A stretch of DNA of 64,000 nucleotides from Chrysomallon squamiferum (Eukaryota > Animalia > Mollusca): assembly GCA_012295275.1 (NCBI GenBank), contig CM022670.1, positions 15,624,001 through 15,688,000 of the forward strand, given 5' to 3'. Positions 16,812 through 29,490 of the stretch are shown here, one piece after another (position 1 is the first letter of the stretch; every line of letters begins with the position of its first letter). The position numbers and the translations under genes are program-made. The notes under the pieces were generated by a model, which did not search any database, was not told where the DNA came from, and saw only the letters and a program-made list of their open reading frames with translations.

Positions 16812-18213
16812 CTATAAAGGATTTGTAAAAAAAAAAGTAAGAAAAAAAATAAACAAAACTAAGGTTAGAGACAGAGACACATTACACAAAAAAGAGAGTC
16901 TGCAAAATAATCTTTGTTGTTGAATAATTTTCAGAAGGTTAGTACATTCCATAACGCTCTTTATAGACTTTAGTTTTAGTTCTTTTTTCAAAGTCTGGAA
17001 GTAAAACTCAGGTGCCTGAAATAAATATAAAATTTCAATTACCAAATACAATTACTAAAATAGGTAGTCACAGAATTCAAGTATCTTGAAAGAATGAGAC
17101 AGAGAGAGAGAGTACCAATAAGGAAGATGATCAAAGAGAGAAAAACAAGTGAAACAGAAACAGATGACAAAAGAAAAAGTAGAAAAAACCCCAAACCATT
17201 CTGGCTTTTTCCTGAGACACTATAAATATTGATAAATGTCCAACTTACTACACTAAATCATTAATCATTAAGCAATAATGAAGTCAAAAGTTTGTTACTA
17301 CTGTAGTAATATTAATTTTTTTTTTTTTTTTTTTAAAGTTTCAATGTGTTTATTTGTCATTTTACACCTTTCAGAAATATCACTTCATTTCCTGTCAAAG
17401 TATGAAGACTTTCACTAAAATAAAATTTAAAAAAATAGAAATAAACATTTTAAAAATTAAAATAAATGAATGAAATATGAGTGACATATTGAATAAAAAG
17501 AACACACACCAGCATGCATATGCACACATACAAATATAAAACACACACAAAAACTCGCATTTTAACAATGCTATTATGATTAGTCCATATTGTTAAACTA
17601 ACAGGCTCAGAGATCAAATCCTGACATCAACTTTTGTTCAGAATTAATTATAGAGATGTAAACTTACTACACTGTCTGTTTAACCAATCCTCTAACAGAC
17701 TTGCACTGTTTTGTTAAAATATCTAAATAAAACATAACAGACAGTAAAGCATTAAAAAGTAGTCATAACCATAATCAATAAAGGATTTTTTTTTTTTTTC
17801 GCATTCAGTGCATGAAATGACATCACAATGAATGCGATAATATCAGTATATACATGTGCTCTTTGCAGAATTATAATTCTGATATCATAATTTATTATTA
17901 ACGAAGATTGGTGTTTATTTTTTAAATTAAATAATCATAAGGATCCATACAAAATGTGTTTAGACTATAGTTTTTACACAAAATAATATCAGTTTAAAAT
18001 AATTATTATTACAAAAGTTTGGTTTCTATTAACAAATTAAAACAAATATCTTGAAATTACATAAAATATAATTATCTAATATCCCGTTCCAGCTTCTAAG
18101 AAGATTACCATGTAATATTGTTTTTCAATAACCAGGTTTTGATTTCCTTACTGCTTCAGATTTTAACTGAAACAACATTACTGGTGGTTGGAACTGGTAT
18201 AATCCTTTTTCTT
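16812..18213 (-). pseudogene. Three-exon 3' fragment of an unrelated SAM-like domain gene
   Basis: Exon-like pieces 18213-18109, 17414-17366 and 17015 onward have AG/GT ends. The last two junctions splice in frame to give ..VSVKI*SSKEIKTWLLKNNITC-ESLHTLTGNEVIFLKG-APEFYFQTLKKELKLKSIKSVMECTNLLKII. A TGA at 18156-18158 sits where a SAM W-S..E-I..W-L motif needs Trp. Confidence 0.55.
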
Positions 18214-18232
18214 CTGTAAACAGTGATAATAA

Positions 18233-18282
<50 letters not shown>

Positions 18283-18820
18283 ATAATATAATAGTGGTAG
18301 TACTAATAGTAATAATAATAGTGATAATAATAGCATAGTAATAATAATATCCTATATAATAATAACAATAATAATACTAATAACAATAGTAATAATCATA
18401 ATATTATTCTATATATTACTATAACAATAACTGTTATATTATTATTAAGATTTGAATCTCCGATTCAGAGAATAATTGTAGAAAGGACATGTTTAAATTC
18501 AGATATTAGATTAAATTTTATCGTATTTAGCAACAATCAATAGCATTCTTCAATAACTTTTCCCAGCAAATAATTAAATTTTTTCTTAAGTACTGCATTT
18601 GAAGTTAGTAAGTTGTTATCTAACAAAGCAAAGCAATTTTGTTTTGAATTTTCACATCAGATAAAATCATATTTTCAGTTGCATCTCCTAGATTCCCAAC
18701 ATTACATTTTATTTAAGAATTGGGGTTTTCTGGTATGTTGAAATCCCTCTATTCATAAACCACCATAAACTTAAAGAAATTTTAAAATAATTAAATGAGA
18801 ATAGCCTTTGTTATTGTTGG

Positions 18821-18900
18821 CAATGGCATATCTAGGGGAAATAGCGCCTATGGCAAGCACTGAAATTGTACCCTTACCCAAACATCTTACACTACTATTA
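18821..18900. mobile_element. Truncated second copy of the hAT element's left end
   Basis: CAATGGCATATCTAGGGGAAATAGCGCCTATGGCAAGCACTGAAATTG is preceded by the same ATTGTTGG and by the same ~330-bp flank as the 8748 copy. The right end is missing. Confidence 0.8.
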
Positions 18901-19169
18901 ATTATTATTATTATTATTATTATGAGAATTTATATATATATATATGTTCATTCCAAACATAATTAATGAATCTTAAGAATTTCCTGACAGTCACTTCTGA
19001 TCAAAATGTACTGTTTTAGCAAAATACATCTAAAATAATGTCACAGACACCACGGAATATTCGCTATAAACTTAGTAAATCATTGTTATATATATTCCTT
19101 AATATCATACAATACACTGTGTTTTCTTTATATTCTTTCTTTCTTTTATTTTTTATTTTTTTTTTTTTT

Positions 19170-19219
<50 letters not shown>

Positions 19220-19680
19220 CCTGGTATTTCAGTATTTTGAAGGAACATTTCCTAAGTAGGATGAATGACGCCACGTGACCTTATTACGGCTCATTCGTTG
19301 AGATGTTTCTTGTTTTCGTTTTTCTTCTTCTTCTTCTTCTTCTTACTACTACTACTATACAACAGATAATAAATCATGTGATATTGAGCTTTATTTCATA
19401 AATCAGTTGCGCCATATTAAATAAAATAAAATTAAAAAATTTAAAAATCGATTTAACATTTATTTAGATGGTGTTACATTTCTTTTAAAATTATTAATAT
19501 TATTCGTTAAAATCATTAATATTATCTTCTATTATAACTGGGTTCTTATAAAAACAATCACAATTAATTTATCAAAATAACCATTACTTCTTCCTTATCT
19601 AATTTATTCTTATTTGAAAAGGCTTTTATTTCTTTTTCTTTCTTTTTTCCTTTTTAAAATTTGCTTTGTTTCTTTCTTTC

Positions 19681-19742
<62 letters not shown>

Positions 19743-19864
19743 CGAAATGAGAAACTGACAATTAGCTGCTGACTGGTAAGAACCTGTTTTCGCTTAAAAT
19801 CATAAAAAAAAAAATAAAAACATATGTTTCTCACTAATCAGAGTAAACATTTATAAATATTCAG

Positions 19865-20593
19865 TCAATCGACCATCTTGGGTCTCCATCCACACTGAAT
19901 TTTTTTCACTTTCAGTAAGTCAAATTCGCTAAGCATAAATGGTTCCTTTCTCAACTGGTCACCTGACAAACTATCGAAAAGTTCTCCATCAATTGTGTGT
20001 GTGATGCAAAGTTCAGCGAGTTCTGGTAGTCCGCATTCGAAAAAACAGTCGCTTAGTTTTTGTACACTCATTCCAGACAATGGTTGTCTTGTTGAATATT
20101 CTCCTTCTTTATCAGTGCATGACGTCACTTCCCTTCTTTCTGTGAACGAAAATCGCGGTTTCACTTTATCGTAGATTTTTCTATCAAGAGTTTTCACCCT
20201 GTCGTCAGCATAGTCATAAACGTGGTCTTCCTCATAATTTGGCGTTTCATGCAACACAGAATAAAGCATGCTTCTCTTGCCTGGCTGAAAATAAAAAATA
20301 AATAAATAAATATATTAAAAAGTAAATTAATATATATATATATATATATAATGTAATGAATATTTCTATTTTCAGTATACTGAGTGTATACAAATTTAGC
20401 CTATGAATTAAAACTTGAAATATTCAGAACAAAATGGGATGTGTTACTGGTGCCGATCTTGAATTTATTTTTTGACCATATGTTCAAAAACAGTAATAGT
20501 ATCAGCATTTTTTTTAAATTATTATTATTATTATTATTATTGTTGTTGTTGTTGTTGTTCTTCTTCTTCTTCTTGTTGCTGTTGTTGTTGTTG

Positions 20594-20651
<58 letters not shown>

Positions 20652-23547
20652 TCTGGTCTCAGTCATGGAAGAGGTTTAACATAATTATCTTTAGTTTAAA
20701 TGTTTAGCCTCACTGTGCCCGAAGTCTGAACACTTGCTCAGCGAACAGTATGTCACCGAACAGAGGACTGAATCTCCCGGCAGAAACGTCTGGCACCGTT
20801 TCGAAACGGTATAATTAAGAGACAAGAGGCTTTGTTGAATCTGCAATTTTCAAAATCATGTTCTGGTGGAAGGTGTTGGCAACTTGACTTTGGCGTACGC
20901 CAACAGCAAATGCAGCTCGTCACAGGACAGCAATCTGCAACACGATATGCTGATTTTGGTGACACTGAAATGTTGTAAGTCCATTCTTGGTCTTTTGGGG
21001 AATCAACCATATTGTAATCCTCTATTGTTTTTCGTTTGCTATTCTTGACTGCTTCAGTCATTATATAATATATAATAATAGGTGCGGGCACAGTGAGGTG
21101 ACCCCATTTTAAATATTTCTTTATAATCGGTGACACGCAAGGAGTAAATGTAATAAAATGCTTACTTGTTCAGGCAACATTCGTCTCGCGTATTCTGAAA
21201 AACAAAACAAACACAAATAATTCTACATGTATAAAAAATATATTAGAATGCATTAGCAACAGAAAATAATACAAATAGTGATAAATTAATGTAAATTTTG
21301 TTTTGTGTGCAGTGTTAACATTTTGTTTTATGACATTTGATGGAATCAAAAAGCAAACCTTGTTTCTGTGCATCCATGCTGCTTGCAAATACATCACCAA
21401 TCAGCGGCATTCCAGAAACATATTTTTGAGATGAATACTTATCTGAAATTAAATAAGAAATGAAAAACATCTTTCCAAGTTATGAACAGAAATTATTACT
21501 ATTATTTATAACACAGCTACACTATATATTTTACTGGAATAAAGAATGGATATTTAATTATTTTATTAACAAAAAGATAAAAATGTGATTGATTTTACAA
21601 TGCTCAGACACCATATTTTGAACTATCATTTTTTAGTTTTTTTTATTATGTGCAGACAACATTCTGAATGAGATGTCATTCTAGACGATCTTTAGTTCGC
21701 AAAACTCTGTTAATAAAAAAAATTAAAAGAAAATTTATAGCGATATATATAAATTATCTGCTTTATTTATTTTATTTTTATTTTTATTTTATTTTTTAAA
21801 TTTATTTAAGCAATATACCTTGTATGCACAAGACTCTTGTACTGCCTAATTGTTGTTTTAAGATATTTCATTTACATATAACTATTCAAATGTAAAATTT
21901 CTTCACTTGATTTGATTTGATTTTAAGCAATAATCCTTATACGCACAAGACTTATGTTGCTTTAATAATTCTCATTTCCTCTCTTTTCATTTACCTATAA
22001 CTATTCAAATGTATGATTGCTTCACTTTTTCATTTCTTTCTTAGTTCTGATCAAATATTTTTCGCAAAACAGTCTCGATACCTGACGATCCAAAATATAA
22101 ACGATTAACATAAATTGATTAATAACTTGTTTCCAATATAGATTCAATTAACATTATTCAAAATGTAAAACTGCTTCACTTCTTTTTTCTTTCGTGTTTG
22201 TCATCAAATATATTTCCCAAAACAGTTTTGATAGATAATAATCCAAAATATAAACGATTAAAATAAAATGATTAAAAAATATATTTTAACTTACAAACTT
22301 CCACTATAGATACAATTAACATAAATGAAATAGAATTAGAATTTTAAAAATTTACCAGATTGTATTGTTTCTGATTTTCTGGACTTCATCTGGAACTTTG
22401 GTGGTTTCTGGAGGACCGTTCTCGACTGCGGAAATGTTCTGAGTTTCTCCCTGTCATTGGAACCATATGACTTTCCACGTTGTATTTCTGAACAGGTGAT
22501 TGCAGTCTCGGGTTTGAGAGTAGACACAGATGTGACATTATCCGAATGGACTGCATACAATGATGGACGTGCTGATTGTTCTACGAGACCAATTTTCTTC
22601 GAAAATTCAACATACAAAGTTTCTTCGGCAGACTGCTCTGAGTTCTGATTTGGGAAATGAAGCAAAACTGAATCTTCGTAAACAGACGTATTTTTATTAT
22701 TTGGAAGCCGGACTTCGATGTTTGCCACTGCATCGTTGTCTAGAGGAAGAATAACAGCACTACGTCGACGTACAGGAACAGAACATTCAGATTTGAGTAA
22801 TTTGTAAAACAAAAATTTTATCTCAACTTTTCTTCCAGTAAGAATGACCTTTCCTGTGAAAGTCTTCAAGGTGGCTACAGATTCTAGGAAAGTGTTTATG
22901 AAAGAATTAGTGGTACTCTGTTCTATGAATTTAATACACTGCGGAAATCGAAACTTTAAAATTTCCTCAACAGTGTACTTGGTGTCATTTGCTACAGTTA
23001 TGAAAGAACCTTTCATTTTATGTGGAAGAACCAGTTTCGATTTTCTGCAAATCACTCTCAAACCAAATATTTTTTTCTCTGAATTAGCAACTATGGTTAA
23101 ATTTTCAAGGATATCATTTTCCATCAGAATGTTTTGTTTGCCCTTTACATCTTTCAAAATAACTGCTCTTCCAATTTTCACTTTGCTGGGCATGAACCGC
23201 ATGAGCTGACCTACAGAAGTGTACTCAAACCCCACTCCGTGAATCGGTAAGACACGTACGTAACCTTTGTATTTCAGAGGGATTCTCAGTTGTTCTGTTG
23301 TTTTTCTGTACTCATTACCATTCCACCTCGCAACATAGGCTTCCGCCGATGTCTCAGTTTCACTCGAATCTATTTTAATTATGTCACCTCGCGAGAACGA
23401 ACTGCAGTCGTTTTCAGAATAGAAACCTTCACATACCTTAACAACTACAGGCAGAGTCACTTTTTCACCAATCTCCTTAAGGGTACACGTTTCTTCAGAC
23501 CAGTATTTATTATCATCAGAAGCGGACGTTGACGACGGTGTCGCCAT
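19865..23547 (-). CDS. CABIT + SAM domain adaptor (GAREM/THEMIS-like), copy C, 574 aa
   Basis: Exons 23547-22356, 21442-21359, 21194-21166 and 20284-19865 total 1725 nt, are GT-AG and give a continuous ORF. Exon 4 carries in-frame deletions; ends GWRPKMVD. Confidence 0.85.
20708..20960 (+). mobile_element. Degraded paralogue of the MULE relic in intron 3 of copy C
   Basis: Shares ctgtgcccgaagtctg, tgtca.cgaacag.gga.t.aatctccc.gca, attaagaga...aggcttt and caggacag.aatctgc with 3775-4200. Confidence 0.7.
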
Positions 23548-26500
23548 TACGAAGAACTACTGAAACAACATTACGTCATAGCAGCAAAAATATGCACCCT
23601 ATCAGTTACATGTGGAATATAATAACTGACGACTAGGCCAGTTGAAAATAATGTTCCGCTCTGTCGACTACGTACAATAAGTATATCCTGTTTTTACAGT
23701 CACTGCTGTTTATCTGTTAGAAATTCCGTACAAAATTAAGCTCAGTTAACTTACATAATATTCCGATTGAATTGTTTGTTTTTTAAAAATCCCTTCTCAG
23801 CAGATGCTATTAGCGACAGTTTTATTAGATGTCCAAATAAACTGAATACTTGTTTTTTTGTACTTAATGAATCATGTCTTTATGAGACAAGCTCTATTAA
23901 TGGCTGATTTCCTCGGGATTCTAAATACAGTTCAGTTATTCATTATTTTAATTTACCTATCTTTTAACATGGTACTTTAAAATCTAGTTTATAGTTATTT
24001 GTCAAACTGTAAAAAGAGACAGCATAATTGAAATATAATTATACGCACATCCATTGGCCAAGAACCATGTACATTTTCATTGCATCGAAGATGTTTACTA
24101 GAAACTATCCCTAATCAATGATGTTTACTGTAAACTGTGGTTGTTACACATTTAGAAGTTTTATTTGTTAAGCGAAAGTGGTTTTACATATATGACTTTT
24201 TGGTATTTGTAAAGCAGTAAAAGAAACATGATAGCTACATACCTCGGCAAACAATGAATGATCTTAAAGATTCAAAATTACCAAATAAATAAAGAACAAA
24301 AATACGACAAGCCGCTAATAATCCTGACACCGAAAACAAGGGAAATTACTCCATGTGTGCTGGTTATTGGTATAGAAAAAGAAATAATTATATTTTATTT
24401 AAAAAAAATTCTTTTCAGTTTAGTCATTGAGTCTAGTAAGCTATCATTAAATAATTTAAAATGTTAAATCACTAGGACAAAATGGCCGACCAGTGCTGGT
24501 GAGTAAATAAAACTATAGCATTCAAAAATGAAACCTAAGCCTAAGGAGTATTTAGTCATTATTATTCCCGAACGGTACGACAGTCACAGTGTAATAGTAT
24601 TATTGTTAACACATAAACGATAAATTAAATGTATTTCTGAAGTAGACTGTGTACAAATACCAATTTGTAGTTATTATATCCCCATACAGAATATGTATAC
24701 GGGCACTCGCATAATATTTACAATGAATACACAAGTAGGTATCTAGCACTAGCTTAATAAAGTTTCTTATTAATTTAAAAATAAAAAGATAACAGAACAA
24801 ATAAATTTAGAAAAAATAAAAATACTTTTTCTTAAAATGTTTTGTTTCTCATTGCAGGTTTCTGGTAATAAAATTTGCAGCGATTATAATCTATTATTAT
24901 AAAATTAGAAATTAAATTAATAAATAAAAATGTAATTTATGTTTGATCTATAACTATACAAGAAAATAAATTATGATATACATTTGAATAGTATTAAAAT
25001 TTATAAGTATCTAAAATCGGTCTGAAGTTTTTATCTTTAAAGGATTTGTAAAAAAAACAACATCAGCATTTAATTCACATTTTCAATACTTGATCATTAA
25101 CTAGAAGTTGATATATTACTGAATTCAAATTCTTTATCAACAAATATGTAAGCAAAGTATGTCTATTTTTAAACATTTAATTTTTACTCCTGATTTAACA
25201 AGAAAGAGTCAGCAAGTTTGAATTGTGGAGAAAACCTTATAATGGTAACACAATTAAATCAGAGATGAGATGAAAATCATTCACAACTATACTCATTTCT
25301 TAAACATGTATAAGTATTCTGTTCCTTGAAAGCCATTTTGTTTTTGCTGGATGAAAGGAGACACATTTTCACTAACCTAAAACTGGAATGATAGAATTAT
25401 CATTCATTTTAAGACCTACATTTTATAATTTCTAGCTTTCTGTTGTTCTTGCTGGAGATACCTGTAAGGTATTTAAGAAATTTATGTTTTCTGTTCTTGA
25501 ATTTGTTTTCATTGTCTAGACAGTACCATGTAATTATTTGCTCAAAACCAATGAAATTAATTAATCAGCAGAATTACAGTTTTAGTCAGATGTGCAGGAT
25601 TTGAATCTTGTTAATTTAGGATATTATTAAGATACTACAGCTAGAAATTCAAACTTAGGACAGCGTGTTATGAAGAAATAAAAGGGATTAATATCAAGAA
25701 TATATTTAAAGGACAAGAAATTATTTCCAGATAACCCTGTATTAACAGACAGATCAAATTACGAATGAGACATAATACAATTTAAAAAAAAAAAAATTTT
25801 ACAGATGTTTTTAACATTGCTTTTTAATAATTAAAACAAATGTACAATGTATGTGTGTAAATAAACAGTGAAAATGAAATGGATACATTCTACAAAATTC
25901 TCCATTCTTACTTAATCTGCATAACTCTACTCTGAGCTGACTAAAATAATGGATTATTCTTAGTCTAGGAATTTAGCACTTTCTTAAATTTTACCATTTG
26001 CATTAATTTAGTGAGTCACTTGACTCCCCACGTTCCATATAGTTCTAAGAGAATCATACCTGTACAAAGCCTGGGTATGGTTTACAAGTTGAATTTTTTG
26101 CCATAAAAATTATTCTGCCCAATACGAGTTTAAGCAACCATTTCCATTACAATATACAATGTAAACTGAGGGTTTGCAGGGGTGGGTATGAACCATTTGT
26201 TAACCTGAACTGTTCCAGTGTCAAAAATGTATAATTTACCTCGTTCATTTTATCCTGTAATATTAACAAGATGCCACAAGACTTTCTAATTAATAAATCA
26301 TTATGGATGTAAAAAATATTAAAACATCCTTCCTGGTTCATAAGGGTTTTGCTTGTGATTTGCATGTCTTTTAAAGATATTTATAACTTTTGTTGCTGTT
26401 GTAGAAATTTACAATCATTACAAACCATTAATCATTTTATAAATTTATTTCAGTAACTACAGTATCAATGATTTCACTACAGTTCAGACTGTTGTTAATC

Positions 26501-26597
26501 ATCTCTTAACAAATCTTCAAAAAAGAATCCAGTGTTCTGAAGTTAACATGTAGTTGGACATACACACACACATACACAATGCTAAGGACAGCATTTC

Positions 26598-28043
26598 CTA
26601 TACTTTTTCAGGAATTTCAGGACCAGTAGAAGCTGAAAATATAACAATGAAATTACGAATGATTGTGTATTTTATAAAGAAGTATCCTATTCATCATTTA
26701 GATATAAAATCAGTTTGAATGGTTGTGTTTTTCAAGACAGAGAAATAATAAAAGACCAAACTAAATTTTCAGCATATTAAATATTTCTCAGTATAACTAA
26801 ATCACTAAAATATTTTTAATTATCTTAATGATAAATAGTGGTGTTCATCAAATTAATGTAACCAGTGGATTTTCAAAAACATTAATATATTTCCAAAAAC
26901 TGTTTTGAAAATATAAATTTTTCTTTTAAATAATTATATTGTTTAATTCCTGCTTAAATTCAACAATTTTTTAATGACATGATATTTCCAAGAGGATTTT
27001 CTCAATGATAAATGCATTTTGATTAATAATAAAGATATAAATTAATAAATTTATGCATTACATTCCAGGCTTGGAATTTAATATTCACAAAATTTCCACA
27101 TTGCGTAACAACCATGTTGTAACAATTTTTAAACTGTGGTCTTTTCTTATACAATGCTTACTTGATTTGCCAGCCTTTCCTTCAGCCCACTTAGACATTT
27201 TAACAATCGTATGGTTGCGGTCCTCTATGGTTTCTCGTATATCACTCTTCAAACACTGCCTAACAGCAAGAGCACAGATCTTAGAGTAGTTTATGTAACT
27301 GGAATAAAAATACAACAAGAAAAGTTTTTAACTTTTGTATGAAATTGTTAACATTTAATTTACTGATACAGACTGAGATATTACATGCTTACATTGTTTG
27401 TAATTAGCAAATTATGCAACAGCTAGCAACGTGTGACAGTCCCTGTCAGTATATTTAAGTTATTATGACTGGTGGTAGAAAAAAGTGGTACTTCAGAGAT
27501 TTTAGTCTGGACCTTTCTGTTCAAGAATGTGACCATAAAATAATCCTTCAAAGTTTTTGCTAATCAGTAAGAATCAATCATGCACAGATATATAATAATA
27601 TGTAAAAACAATTTTTAATGTTTTGGGGATATTAAACTAGCATTCATTATATATTGTGATGGACCATCTGAAAATAAATTTGTAAAATTGCCATTACTTA
27701 TTTTACCAACGTGCCCATGTTCATTCCAATCATAACCATTTTATCAGATAATGAACGAATTAATTCTGTAAGCGTTTTTTTTTTGTTAAGCGAGGAATAT
27801 TATTCTATGCCAATGAATAACTATTAAAACTTAACTATATTAAATTAATACTGCCTTGATAAAAATTGCACCACAGCTTTCAGTTTCAGTGAAGACCGAG
27901 ATTAAAGCTTAGAGGTCATTCATTATAATTTAATACTTTTTCTAGTTGTTTCAGCAACGCTATGCTACAAAAAGGTTTAGGTATTTTATTATTTTAATTA
28001 TATGTGCTTACTTCAAGCCAACCTGTCTCCATGCTGCTGACAT
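26598..28043 (-). CDS. ATP5F1E: Mitochondrial ATP synthase F1 subunit epsilon, about 67 aa
   Basis: Exons 28043-28012, 27298-27162 and 26632-26598 give MSAAWRQVGLNYINYSKICALAVRQCLKSDIRETIEDRNHTIVKMSKWAEGKAGKSTSTGPEIPEKV*. This has the WR..GL.YI.YS.I.A.AVR..LK signature. The third exon is the least certain. Confidence 0.92.
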
Positions 28044-28200
28044 TTTGTCTTTTTAATAAGAAACAAAGTTCTTTATCCCCGATCTGACAAAATCTCCGGG
28101 CACCGCTTTAGAGTCAGCCACAAAGACAGTTTCGTATTTTACGGTGTAAGAGTTAATTGTTCAGTCTATGAAAAAAAGAAACAGAAAAAAAAAACAGCTT
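28044..28200. promoter_or_regulatory. Putative bidirectional promoter ATP5F1E / RBM41
   Basis: Divergent genes with only about 760 bp between the ATP5F1E ATG and the first identified RBM41 acceptor (28800). There is a short CpG-containing patch at 28075-28150. Confidence 0.55.
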
Positions 28201-28840
28201 TTTTTTTTTGCAGGTGTAACAGTGGTATCTAAAAAGGTATAAAATTACGGTAGCATAATAATTAAAATAATAATAATAATAATAAATTGCACCACAGTAT
28301 TAACCCTCAAATTTATTATTTATTGTTTTGTTGTTGTTGTTGTTGTTATATAAATCGAGGTGTTTTATTTTTATGTAAATAATTATTAAGATGAATGGTG
28401 AGTTTGAAATACTAAATTTATAAAATGTGATAAAAATGATTTAAAGTAACATTTAAGTAAGTGCATGTGTATAGGGTAAACATGTTTCTTTTAACTGAGC
28501 AGACTTATTCTTTTTAATAATTTAATACAGCCATTTGTAATTTATCTATTTGATGACTGTTTTACTCAGGTTTGACTCACTAGATACGTTTATAAGTAAT
28601 ATTGTAAAAATACAATAACAATAACAATAATAATAATACAACAACAAAACAACAATCCAAAAGCCTACAAAACAATTTTGACATTTGTAACTATTTACTG
28701 AACAGTATTTCAGAAACTTTATATTTACTTTTTATTTTACCTATTTTAACCTTTTTATATTGTCGTTGTTGTTGTTATTATTATTGTTATTATTTCTCAG
28801 TGGCAATCCTAAAAGATACAAAACAGCGGAGGTAATCAGG

Positions 28841-29455
28841 ATGGGTGTGACATTAAAGAAAGGAAATCTGCAAAAGGAAGAGATTCTGCAAACAGAAGGA
28901 GAAAAACATCTACAAAATTTGGTTGAAAAACAGCTGAACACTGATATCACACTTAGTCAGTAAGTGGAAAAGCTTTCTAAGACAAAATTTGTTACGAAAA
29001 GAAATAACTTTGTGTAATATGTGTTTTATTTACTTTGTTTATTGTTTACAGTGATTTAAATGTATTTATTTTTATGATGGTAAACTAGTAAAACAATAAT
29101 GAAAAAACAAAAAAATCAAAACCATTTGCTGAATAAGGATACATAATAACTCAGATGTATGCACACAAAATAACACATAGATGCATCAGTGTCCTCCCAT
29201 TTGTTACACATCCCATTTGAATGAACTGCTAATTACATACCTTTTGCCTTGCTTGTAGTAATGAACTCATCTTCTGAGAGTTTTCACAGCTTAGATGATT
29301 ATAAAGAAATTCCTCTCATAGCAATGGGAAAAAAAAATAACAAAAATATTTATTATATCACATTCAGCATCTATGAATGACATATCAGGATACAAAGACA
29401 GTCTAAAACAATTTTGGTTTGCATGTACTAGAAGATATTTTCCTAGGTCACTAAG

Positions 29456-29490
<35 letters not shown>

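Noticed and set aside
20753-21136. 127-aa minus-strand ORF within copy C
   Set aside because: It is intronic, overlaps the antisense of the MULE relic, and is not open in copies A and B.
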